Shown here one piece after another: positions 49,377 to 58,395 of a stretch of 64,000 bases of DNA. The notes below the pieces were generated by a model. It was given only the letters and a program-made list of their open reading frames with translations. It had not been told where the DNA came from and did no database searches. The stretch covers positions 64,001-128,000 of the forward strand of contig CAWBZV010000004.1 in NCBI GenBank assembly GCA_963793305.1, written 5' to 3'. Positions within the stretch are counted from its first letter, which is position 1. Each line of letters starts with the position of its first letter. The stretch is from an uncultured Gemmatimonadales bacterium. GTDB lineage: Bacteria > Gemmatimonadota > Gemmatimonadetes > Gemmatimonadales > Gemmatimonadaceae. Made by a program: the position numbers and the translations under genes.

Positions 49377-50763
49377 CGTTGTCATCATCGGGGGTGGCCC
49401 GGGCGGGTACGTCGCAGCACTGCGGGCCGCACAGCTAGGCCTTGAGGTCGTCTGCGTCGAGCAAGACAAAACGCTCGGCGGCACCTGCGTCAATGTTGGC
49501 TGCATCCCGTCAAAGGCGCTGCTCACGAGCTCCGAGCACTTCGAGTTTACGAAGCTGCACGCGGCCGAGCACGGGGTGCAAGCGGGCATTGTCACGCTCG
49601 ATCTGCCTCAGATGCTGCGCCGGAAGGATGACGTGGTCTCCCAAAACACAAAGGGGATCGAGTTTCTCTTCCGCAAGAACAAGATCACATGGGCAAAGGG
49701 CCGCGGCGTGCTTCGCGCGGGCAATCAGGTCGACGTCGCGGCCTCCGACGGCACCGTTACGTCGTACCAGGCAAAAGACGTGATCATCGCTACGGGATCC
49801 GTCGCGATAGAGCTGCCGTTCCTAAAGTTCGATGAGCAGCAGGTACTCTCGAACGTCGGCGCGCTCACCATCCCCCGGGTGCCGGAGCACTTGGTCGTGA
49901 TTGGTGGCGGAGTCATTGGGTTGGAATTGGGATCCGTGTGGCGCAGGCTGGGAGCCAGAGTGACGGTGCTCGAGCTCATGCCGAGCATTCTCCCGGAGTT
50001 CGACGCCGATATCATTCGGGAAGCCGAGAAGATCTTCAAGAAGCAGGGCCTGACGCTCCGGACCGGAGTCCGTGTCACGGGGGCACACCGGCTCGAGTCG
50101 AGCGTCGTGCTGGAGATCGACACTGGCAGCGCGACCGAACAGGTCGAGGGCGACTACGTGTTGGTCTCGGTCGGACGCCGGCCGATCCTCACGGGGATCG
50201 ACGCCGCCGCGCTCGGCCTCGACCTCGGCACGCGCGGCGAGATTCTCGTCGACGAGCAGATGCGCACGAATCTGCCGCACGTCTACGCCATCGGCGACGC
50301 CGTCGGCGGAAAATTGCTCGCGCACAAGGCGATGGAAGAGGGCGTGGTCGCCGCCGATACGATCGCTGGCCGCGCGGCGCGCATGCGCTATCACTCGGTG
50401 CCGAACGTCGTCTACACGTGGCCGGAGATCGCGTCGGTCGGCTGGGCCGAGCACGAGGTCCAGGCGTCCGGGCGACCGTTCAAGGTCGGCCGGTATCCCT
50501 ATTCGGCCAATCCTCGCGCGCGGACCATGGGCGAGAGCGGCGGCGGGTTCGTGAAGTTCATCGCCGACGCCGAGACCGACGAGATTTTGGGCGCGCACCT
50601 CATCGGGCCGAACGCCTCGGAGTTGGTCGCCGAGATCGTCCTGGGCGTCGAGTATCGGGCGACGGCCGAGGATATCGGGACCATGATACACGCGCATCCG
50701 ACGCTGGCTGAGGCCACCAAAGAGGCCGCGTTGGCCGTACACGGCGAGGCCCTGCACATCTGA
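49369..50763 (+). CDS. lpdA: Dihydrolipoyl dehydrogenase
   Basis: [36 protein letters not shown]. Confidence 0.97.
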   Translation: MTDVVIIGGGPGGYVAALRAAQLGLEVVCVEQDKTLGGTCVNVGCIPSKALLTSSEHFEFTKLHAAEHGVQAGIVTLDLPQMLRRKDDVVSQNTKGIEFLFRKNKITWAKGRGVLRAGNQVDVAASDGTVTSYQAKDVIIATGSVAIELPFLKFDEQQVLSNVGALTIPRVPEHLVVIGGGVIGLELGSVWRRLGARVTVLELMPSILPEFDADIIREAEKIFKKQGLTLRTGVRVTGAHRLESSVVLEIDTGSATEQVEGDYVLVSVGRRPILTGIDAAALGLDLGTRGEILVDEQMRTNLPHVYAIGDAVGGKLLAHKAMEEGVVAADTIAGRAARMRYHSVPNVVYTWPEIASVGWAEHEVQASGRPFKVGRYPYSANPRARTMGESGGGFVKFIADAETDEILGAHLIGPNASELVAEIVLGVEYRATAEDIGTMIHAHPTLAEATKEAALAVHGEALHI

Positions 50764-51233
50764 CCAGTATTCGGGCGCTCGGGAGTCATGATGAACGAGC
50801 GGCTCGGGCGCTGTTCACCCAAGCGTTCGGGAACACTCTCTACGCCGCGGCGCCGCGATTTGCGTTAGCTCGCGCGCTCGGCGCCGAGTCTCCGTCCGAG
50901 TCGTCGGGATTGGTCGCTGAGGCCGATGGCCGGCTGGTCGGCGTCGCGGTGTTCGGCCTCGTTGCGGGCGCCGAGGGCGCCGCCAAAATGCACGGCATGG
51001 CGGTGGCGCCCGATGCGCAGCGGCATGGCATCGCCCGCGCGCTGATCGAGGCGTTTGTCGGCGAGCTCCAACGCCGGGGCGCGAGGTTTGTGCTGGTGGA
51101 GTTTCCCGATGCGCCCGAGCTCGCGGGCGGCCGCACGCTGCTGCAGCACGCCAAGTTCGTCGAAGAGTCGCGGATGAAAGACTATTTCCGCGACGGCATC
51201 GCGCTCGTGTTTTTGAGACGCGACCTGGCGTAA
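50760..51233 (+). CDS. GNAT acetyltransferase (probable CTG start coupled to the lpdA stop)
   Basis: AVAPDAQRHGIARAL motif A and DYFRDG. The frame is open from CTG 50760 (CTGA overlap), giving [18 protein letters not shown]. Confidence 0.75.
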   Translation: MTSIRALGSHDERAARALFTQAFGNTLYAAAPRFALARALGAESPSESSGLVAEADGRLVGVAVFGLVAGAEGAAKMHGMAVAPDAQRHGIARALIEAFVGELQRRGARFVLVEFPDAPELAGGRTLLQHAKFVEESRMKDYFRDGIALVFLRRDLA

Positions 51234-51285
51234 AACACATAGGCCCACTCGTCGCCGAGCGGGCCTACTGTTGCGAAACGATTCG

Positions 51286-51726
51286 CTAGCGGCGAATCGT
51301 CGCGCCGATGGCGGCCCCGAGGGCGAGCAAGCTCGTCGCGGCAGCTGCCACGGCGATCGGGCTCATGGCGATCGGCCGGCTCCACCACGGCGTCGCCGTC
51401 GCGGGCGTCGTCGCCGGCAGCGCGTCCATGATCTTCTGCGTCAGGTCGGCGGGCGTCACCAGGTAGCGCCGCTGCTCGAGATCCCGATCGACCCGCTTCC
51501 AGAACTCGACCTGCCGGGTCGCGTCGGCACCAGATACCGCCGTCTCGGGAAGCTCGCCGTCGAGCCACGCATGCACGAGATCCGACGTGCGCGTGCTGTC
51601 CGTGCCGCCGATCGGGACTTCCCGGTCGGAGACGCGGCGCACCGGCTCGCGCGACGACGGGCGCTTTGCCTCGCCGTTGTTCTCGCGCGACTCGGGGGTT
51701 GGCGCGTTCAGGTCATCATGCATCAC
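51286..51726 (-). CDS. Putative anti-sigma factor
   Basis: VHAWLDGEL, TPADLTQKIMDALP, C-terminal TM, ATGA-coupled to the ECF sigma gene. Confidence 0.65.
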   Translation of the reverse strand: MMHDDLNAPTPESRENNGEAKRPSSREPVRRVSDREVPIGGTDSTRTSDLVHAWLDGELPETAVSGADATRQVEFWKRVDRDLEQRRYLVTPADLTQKIMDALPATTPATATPWWSRPIAMSPIAVAAAATSLLALGAAIGATIRR

Positions 51727-52289
51727 GCGTATTTCTCCTCTAAAAGGACCTGGAGCGCCTCTCGAGCGCGATGTACGCGCATCTTGAGTGCTCCGACTGT
51801 AGTTCCGAGCAAATCGGCCATCTCTTCGTACGACCGCCCTTCGACGTGCTTCATCACGAACGCCTCGCGAAGCGACGGGGCCAACGCGGCGAGCGCGCGG
51901 TCGAGATCGCTTCTCAGCTCCGTCCGATCGAGATCCTCGTCGGGGGTCGCGTATCCAGACGGTTGATCGTCCTCATCGTAACTCAAATGGGTCCGCCGAA
52001 TGTTCTTCAGCCAGTCCTTGCACCCATTTGCCACGATTCGAAACACCCAGGCATCGAAGCGTCCCCGCACCTCAGCGAGGTGTTGGTACGCTTTGATGAA
52101 AGACATCTGCAGGATGTCTTCCGCAACATCAGGGCTCCCGGTCATGCCTAACGCGTGCCGATACAGCGGATCGCTGTACCGCCCGATGAGCTGGCTGAAG
52201 GCTTCGCGATGCCCCGCCAGGACCCGGGCGATGATCTGCTGGTCTGCTTCCAACTGATCGGCCTGAGCCGCCGTGACCGTTGTTTTCAC
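51723..52289 (-). CDS. ECF sigma-70 factor
   Basis: AEDILQMSFIKAY, FDAWVFRIVAN, SYEEMADLLG..LKMRVHRAR. Probable GTG at 52289 (track start 52379). Confidence 0.92.
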   Translation of the reverse strand: MKTTVTAAQADQLEADQQIIARVLAGHREAFSQLIGRYSDPLYRHALGMTGSPDVAEDILQMSFIKAYQHLAEVRGRFDAWVFRIVANGCKDWLKNIRRTHLSYDEDDQPSGYATPDEDLDRTELRSDLDRALAALAPSLREAFVMKHVEGRSYEEMADLLGTTVGALKMRVHRAREALQVLLEEKYA

Positions 52290-52394
52290 GGCGTTACCAT
52301 AACCTGTTTGGCTCGTACCGGATAGCCCCACGGACGTGCCTGCGTCCTTGACTGGTGCTGTCACGCCGTGATGACGCATTATGCAATACAGAGG

Positions 52395-53483
52395 TCACTT
52401 TCTGATCCGTAAGTAATAGATGAGTTCGGTAACACCCGATGCCCGGTATCGCCGATTCTCTCCATCCTGGTCGGCCCGATATCGTTTGTACAGTTGTTTG
52501 AACTGTCGTACAGGCTCAACAGCCCGTTGACCGAGAATGTCAAGAAACTCGTCATCGGACAGGATTCCTTCAGTGTTGTAGCTCACCAGGACGTGCCGAG
52601 CTCCCGTAGCGCCCAGAAGCTCCTCCAGCGCCCTAGCAGCCCCAGCTTTATTACACCAGAGGCTGGAAGGCGGCCTATCCACGGGAAGCCCTGTCTTTCC
52701 CTTGAGGACGGGCAAAGCCTCGAACCACCCCTTGGCGATGATCTCCGGTATATGGTAGTAGCCAGAGTACTGCCGGGCGTTATAGGGTGGGTCCACGTAG
52801 AGCAGGTCAACGGGTCCCACCTTCCGGGCGACCGTGGTCGCATCATCCCGATGGGCCCTGGATCCCGCAGCACGCGAGACTGGCCTGGCCGGTTGCATCC
52901 GAAATGTCTTCGTCGCATTCGGCTGCCACTTCTTGATGTAGGCGGCGTAGATGCCCGCGGTATTCGCCACCCGATCCGCGGCTTCGATAATCGAGGCCAG
53001 CAAGAGATAGTACGCGTCCTCGCTGACCAACTCGGCCTCTCTCCACCGGTGGAGCGCATGCCGAGCCGCATCGATGCGTCGTGCGTTCTCGTCGGTGAAG
53101 TACATCCGGCCACCGGTGGCCGAGAAATGTTGCGAGATGAATCCGTGCTCGGGCTCCACCCAGGCCGACAAGTACTCGGCGAGCACCGAGAGTCCGTCTC
53201 TCACCACCGGCATGTGCGCGATGGCGCGACGCAGATCGGCATCGCCGGCGGCGGCACGACGCGCATCCGGACCATGGCGGGCGACGACGTACGCGCGCTG
53301 AAACACGTAGGAGTACGTCATGACGTCGCTCGACTCGACGCGCCATCCGGCGGCTTTGAGCGAGCGCGCGACGGATGCGGTTCCCGCGAAGGCATCGTGC
53401 GCTCGACCCGGCGTCACGCCGAGTTGGAGCAAGACATCGCCGAGAAAGGGCAGGAGCTTTGTCTTATTGCCGATATACCGCAC
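52395..53483 (-). CDS. Orphan DNA adenine methyltransferase (D12 / alpha class)
   Basis: MRYIGNKTKLL, DAFAGTASV, LYVDPPYN..Y..YYH, VSYNTEG. Confidence 0.92.
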   Translation of the reverse strand: MRYIGNKTKLLPFLGDVLLQLGVTPGRAHDAFAGTASVARSLKAAGWRVESSDVMTYSYVFQRAYVVARHGPDARRAAAGDADLRRAIAHMPVVRDGLSVLAEYLSAWVEPEHGFISQHFSATGGRMYFTDENARRIDAARHALHRWREAELVSEDAYYLLLASIIEAADRVANTAGIYAAYIKKWQPNATKTFRMQPARPVSRAAGSRAHRDDATTVARKVGPVDLLYVDPPYNARQYSGYYHIPEIIAKGWFEALPVLKGKTGLPVDRPPSSLWCNKAGAARALEELLGATGARHVLVSYNTEGILSDDEFLDILGQRAVEPVRQFKQLYKRYRADQDGENRRYRASGVTELIYYLRIRK

Positions 53484-53492
53484 GCCGGCAGT

Positions 53493-54435
53493 CTACCACG
53501 TCGCTAGATGCCCGACAATCACAGATCCGACAAACCGCGCGACGGGCCCGCCGCGATACTCGCGGGTCTGGGTCGTGAGCCGGAGCTCCACGGTGTACCC
53601 GAACACGCGCGTCGCGGGCCCGATGTCGTAGGACGAGGTGAATGGCAGTGCGTCGGTGTGGCTGCTCGACCGAAACGTGCTGCCGTCGAGGAAGATGTTG
53701 CGCAGCACCCAGTCCTCGTGCGCGCCCACGACGACATAGAAATCGAACGGCCGCACCGTGGTATCGCCCCACGGCGTCTCGGAATGCAGGCCGAGGCGCC
53801 CGCGCGCGCCGACGCTCGTGCCCGTGCGCACGTTTCCGATGGCCGCGTTCCAATCGGGCGCGAGCTCGAATGACAACCCGTGCGGGAGCGTCGACTCGAG
53901 CAAGAGATACTGCTCGCCATAGCGCACGATGAGCCCAGGCTCGAACGTGAGCTGATTGCGCCAGCCAGGTACGGGGGGCCCGAGTCGCGTGATCTCGTGG
54001 AAGGTGTTCTGCACCCATCCCGCGAGGGACTGCGGACCGATCACGCCCAGGTCGGCGCTGAACGAGCGGAATCGTTCGCCGGACGTGGTCGAACGTCATG
54101 AGCTCGCCGTACAACCATCCCGCGTACGGCCGCTGACCAGGACCAGGATCAACAGGGTATCGCGTCGGTGTGTAGATCTCCTGCCCGAACGCGAATTGCT
54201 GCGAGGCGGGGGACTCGCCATCCCGCGACGAGCCGAGTATCTGGGAGAACAACTTCCACGGGTGCGCGATGCCGGACGTTATCCGGAGACCCTGGGTATA
54301 ATTGTCATCCGACCGTCGATGCGACGGCACCCAGACCGCGAGATTGCCATTGTCTTCCTGCACCGACCATTGCGCCATCCCAACGCTCGGGACGATCAGC
54401 AATGCGCAACATATCAGTCGGTCCAGTCGACGCAT
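53493..54435 (-). CDS. LpxR-family (lipid A 3'-O-deacylase-like) outer-membrane protein (frameshift near 54093)
   Basis: Signal peptide, EDN, DDNYTQG, GQEIYTP and RPYAGWLY, then LGVIGP..VQNTFH..GWRNQL and NIFLDG in the second frame. Confidence 0.82.
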
Positions 54436-54477
54436 TTTCCGCCTACGTGCAAGCGTTCGGTCGATAGAAGTCGACGC

Positions 54478-55582
54478 TTACGGAATAGGTTCCTCGGCGA
54501 ACGCTCGCCAGCGCGCCGCACGAATGCGCTCGCCATGCTCATCCAGTTTCGGTGGTGGATAACGTACAGCGCCCGGGACACTTGGGCTCACGCCCGAAAG
54601 CGGCGAGCACTCAACGTCCCGTAACGATTCCAAAACCGATTTGACAACTCCGTTCGGAACGCCGGCTCGGTCGAGCCGTTCGATCCAGTCGGTCGCCGAT
54701 CGCTCCCGGAGCCGTGTCGCTATCGTCTCGACAATGCGCGCTCGCTGCTCGAGCCGCCCCGCGTTGGTCGCGAGGTCGGCGTCGGCCGCCAGGTCGCCGA
54801 GCTGCAACGCTTCGGCGCATCGCTTCCATTGGGCATCGCTGCCAACGGCCAGCACGATCGGCCGGTCGGCGGTCTCAAAGAGTTGATACGGCACGAGATT
54901 GGGGTGGGCATTCCCCCAGCGCTCGGCGTCCGTCCCACTCACGAGCGCGTTCTGCGCGACGTTGACCAGCGCGGCGGCGGCGCTGTGGGCGAGCGAGATG
55001 ATGATCCTCCGTGGGCCCGACGTGCGACCGACCAGTGCGCCCAAGATGGCGATGGCGGCGTCTTTGCCGGCGATGACGTCGGCGAGCGCGACGCCCACTT
55101 TCATTGGCTCGCCATGGCGCTCTCCGGTTATGGCCATCCATCCGCGTTCGGCTTGCACCGTAAAGTCGTAGCCCACACGCGAGGACTTTTCACCGAACCC
55201 GCTGATCGTGCACCAGAATGAGGCGCGGGTACTGTTCGAGGATCGTGTCCGGGTCCAACCCACGACGGGCCAAGGCGCCAGGGAGAAAGTTGTCGACGAC
55301 GACATCGGCTTGAGACGCGAGCTCGCGGACTAGCGCCTGATCAGCCGGGTCGTCGAGGTCGGCTGCTACACTCCATTTGTTTCGGTTGACGCTGAGGTAG
55401 TAGGCGCTCTGACCTCGAGCGTCGAAAGGGGGTCCCCATCCGCGGGTATCATCCCCCATGCGCGGGCGTTCTATTTTGATGACATGGGCGCCCATGTCGC
55501 CGAGCATCATAGTACAGAGAGGGCCAGCGAGCACCCTCGTGAGATCGAGTACTTTGATCGAACTGAGATATAACTGATTCAT
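54478..55582 (-). CDS. CaiB/BaiF CoA-transferase family III (frameshift near 55216)
   Basis: VLDLTRVLAGP, GDDTRGWGPP, NRNK and VDNFLPG, then CTISGFG, GYDFTVQA and GNAHPNLVPY. Confidence 0.9.
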
Positions 55583-55735
55583 TACTGTTGCTATAGAGTC
55601 GTAGCTTTCATGGCAATTCGGCTATGATCGGCATGCTTGCCGCTTGGGCCTCGAGGGAGCGCCGCTTGCGTAGATGACGAACAATCATATACTTACCGCC
55701 GCGCGTGGGTCTTAACCACACGGAGCACGCTATTC

Positions 55736-56374
55736 ATGGCGGATAAGCCGCATATACCTGACGCGAAATCCTCAGCGGACCCAGCCGCGTCGACGACCAA
55801 CTCGTCGACTCCGGTGGCGCCGAAGCGCAGTCCCGGCCATCGGGGCGCCGACGTTCGGGATACTGTCGCCGAAATGGCGGCCAAAGCTCAGGAGATCAGT
55901 CAGGAAGCCGGCAGCAAAATGGCAGCGGCCATGCGCAATGTCATCAGTGCCGCGGCCGGCATGTCCACGTTTGCCGCGGATTCCGCGCGCGACCTTGTCC
56001 AGTATATGGTGCGGCGTGGGCAGATGACGCAGGAAGAGGCCGACAAGCTCATCCGCGAGGCCGAGGAGGCAGCGGCGAAGCGCAATGTGAACCTGCCGCC
56101 GCCGCCGTCAAAGGTGCCGAAGCCGCCGCCACCACCACCACCGGTTGCGGTGATCTCTGCGCCGGTCGCGATGGTGCCAACTCCGGCCATCCATCACCCG
56201 GTTCCCGTCGTCAAGCCCGCACCGCAACCTGCGCCCGCGGTAGCGAAGCATCCCGCTCCCGTGAAGAAAGCGGCCGCACCCGCGCCCGCGAAGCACGTGC
56301 CCCCGCGGCCGGTCGCGAAGAAAGCAGCGCCGGCGAAGGCAGTCGCGAAGAAGAAACCGGCGAAAAAGCGCTAG
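55736..56374 (+). CDS. Phasin-like helical domain with Pro-rich linker and histone H1-like Lys/Ala tail
   Basis: MVRRGQMTQEEADKLI, PPPP linker, KKAAPAKAVAKKKPAKKR. ATG at 55736. Confidence 0.65.
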   Translation: MADKPHIPDAKSSADPAASTTNSSTPVAPKRSPGHRGADVRDTVAEMAAKAQEISQEAGSKMAAAMRNVISAAAGMSTFAADSARDLVQYMVRRGQMTQEEADKLIREAEEAAAKRNVNLPPPPSKVPKPPPPPPPVAVISAPVAMVPTPAIHHPVPVVKPAPQPAPAVAKHPAPVKKAAAPAPAKHVPPRPVAKKAAPAKAVAKKKPAKKR

Positions 56375-56381
56375 CGATCAA

Positions 56382-56408
56382 GAGGCCAGCTCGCCGCTGG
56401 CCTTTTTA
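56382..56408 (+). terminator. Intrinsic terminator
   Basis: AGGCCAGC-tcgcc-GCTGGCCT followed by TTTT. Confidence 0.8.
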
Positions 56409-56525
56409 TCGAGAGGGTGACAATCGCACTTTGACGCGCACCGTCGATCCTGCGACTTTGTCCGTATGCCTCAATCATCGCAGGGGGAGGGTAGTATTTT
56501 TGGTATTCCTCTAAGAAGAGGCGGC

Positions 56526-56768
56526 ATGACGACGTATACGGCAATCGTCGAACGCGACCCAGATACTGGACTATACGTCGCCTATATCCCGGGATGGCCG
56601 GGGGCACACACGCAAGCGGCGACCCTCGATGAGCTACAGCAAAATTTGCGAGAGGTCGTCGAGCTCCTTCGCGAGGACGGCGAACCAGAGCTCGAAGCCG
56701 AGTTTATCGGCACCCAGATCGCACGGGATGTCCGGCTGACAGTGGAGGAGTTGCTCGCGGCCAAGTAG
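56526..56768 (+). CDS. hicB: HicB-like antitoxin ending in a HicA-like C-terminal remnant
   Basis: GAGG RBS, YTAIVERDPDTGLYVAYIPGWPGAHTQAATLDEL..NLREVVELL, tail QIARDVRLTVEELL. Confidence 0.8.
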   Translation: MTTYTAIVERDPDTGLYVAYIPGWPGAHTQAATLDELQQNLREVVELLREDGEPELEAEFIGTQIARDVRLTVEELLAAK

Positions 56769-56803
56769 CAGTCGGCCAGCACGTCGAGCACGCGCGCGCG
56801 AGA

Positions 56804-57898
56804 TCAACGCGTTGTGGGTAAAGGCCTGTGAGAGGTTGCTGAGGAACTCTTCGGCTGCTTATACTCGAACCGCTGCCCACGGAAATTCCGGAAGACCACG
56901 CGGTCGTCCGTGATCTCCTCGACGTACTCGGGGAGCAACGGCACCTTGCCGCCACCGCCCGGTGCGTCGATCACGAAATGCGGGACCGCGAGCCCCGAGG
57001 TCCAGCCGCGGAGCGCCTCGATGATCTCGAGCCCCTTCTGCACCGTCGTGCGGAAGTGCTCGCCGCCGGCGACCTGGTCGGCCATGTAGATGTAATACGG
57101 CCGCACGCGCGCCTTGAGCAGCGCGTGCATGAGCGCCTTCATCACGACCGGGTCGTCGTTCACGCCCTTGAGCAAGACAGTCTGACATCCGAACGGGACG
57201 CCAGCCTTCGACAGGCGATCGAGCGCCGCCACGGCCGCCGGCGTGAGCTCGTCGGGATGATTGAAGTGCGTGTTCATGAACACGGGATGGTACTTCTGCA
57301 CCATCTCGCAGAACTCGGGCGTGATGCGCTCGGGCAAATGCGATGTGATTCGGCTCCCGATACGAATAATCTCGATATGCGGGATCGCCCGAAGCTGCTG
57401 AAACAGATACTCGAGCCGGCGATCCGAGAGCATCATGGGATCGCCACCGCTCAGAATGACGTCGCGGATCTCCGTGTGCTCCCGGAGATACGCAAACGCC
57501 GAGTCGTATTGATTGAGCGGAATCTTCTCCGGATCGCCGACTTTGCGGCGCCGGGTACAAAAACGGCAATATGACGCGCAGACGGGACTGACGAGGAAGA
57601 GCGCGCGATCGGGGTAGCGATGCGTGATGTTCGGTACCGGCGAGTCGGCATCCTCGTCGAGCGAATCGACGATCCCGTCGACGATATCCAATTCTTCGAC
57701 CGTCGGCACATACTGACGCCACATGGCGTCGCCCGGCGTTTTGATGAGATCAAGCGCGGCGGGCGTGATCCGCATCTGGAAATTGTCGAACGCAGGACCG
57801 AGAGCAGTCACGTCGATCTGCTCCGAGCCGAACCGCTCGGCGAGCTGCGCGAGCGTCGCGACGCTCCGATCCTTCAAGATCTGCTGCCAATCACTCAT
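56804..57898 (-). CDS. kamA: KamA-family radical SAM/PLP aminomutase (lysine 2,3-aminomutase-like)
   Basis: THRYPDR, CASYCRFCTRR, LSGGDP, THFNHP, QTVLLKGVND, RPYYIYMAD, RGWTSGLAVP, IDAPGGGGK (PLP Lys). Confidence 0.9.
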   Translation of the reverse strand: MSDWQQILKDRSVATLAQLAERFGSEQIDVTALGPAFDNFQMRITPAALDLIKTPGDAMWRQYVPTVEELDIVDGIVDSLDEDADSPVPNITHRYPDRALFLVSPVCASYCRFCTRRRKVGDPEKIPLNQYDSAFAYLREHTEIRDVILSGGDPMMLSDRRLEYLFQQLRAIPHIEIIRIGSRITSHLPERITPEFCEMVQKYHPVFMNTHFNHPDELTPAAVAALDRLSKAGVPFGCQTVLLKGVNDDPVVMKALMHALLKARVRPYYIYMADQVAGGEHFRTTVQKGLEIIEALRGWTSGLAVPHFVIDAPGGGGKVPLLPEYVEEITDDRVVFRNFRGQRFEYKQPKSSSATSHRPLPTTR

Positions 57899-58395
57899 GC
57901 CGCACCAAACCGTTTGGTGTACAACACCCGATCGTCGTCCGCGGCGTAGAAGCTCTGCACCCGAGCCGCCTCGGCGTACCCGCGCTTCTCATAGAACGCG
58001 CGAGTGGACGCATACGAGGGGCGTCCCGACGTTTCCACGATCAGCATCCGCGCGTTCCACGAAGCGAGGCGAGACTCGACGTCGGCCATGAGCGCGCCCC
58101 CGATGCCGTGGTTTTGGTGCGCGGGATGCACCGCGATCCAATAGAGGTCGTACCCGCGATCAGTGCCGAGCGTCGGCCCGAAGCAGACATAGCCAAACAG
58201 TCGCGCCGGATCCGTCGGATCGAACGCCCCGAGGAAGATGTAGTCGGGATCGCCGTCGCCCTCGTCGGGCGGGAAGGCATCGTCGAACACCTGCATCGCG
58301 ACCTCGGTCTCGGCGGCTGAAAACGCCCCGGTTTCGAGGACGAGTTTCTCCAACGCCTCACGATCAGACCGTCCGAGCGACCTGGCTGGCGTCAC
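57895..58395 (-). CDS. GNAT acetyltransferase
   Basis: GYVCFGP, YDLYWIAVHPAHQNHGIG, VETS..Y..TRAFYEKRGY. Confidence 0.92.
   Translation of the reverse strand: MTPARSLGRSDREALEKLVLETGAFSAAETEVAMQVFDDAFPPDEGDGDPDYIFLGAFDPTDPARLFGYVCFGPTLGTDRGYDLYWIAVHPAHQNHGIGGALMADVESRLASWNARMLIVETSGRPSYASTRAFYEKRGYAEAARVQSFYAADDDRVLYTKRFGAA

Noticed and set aside
56804..57898. EpmB of the EF-P modification pathway
   Set aside because: No efp or epmA is adjacent, and the gene is coupled to the GNAT and ATP-grasp genes instead. A role in trans cannot be excluded.
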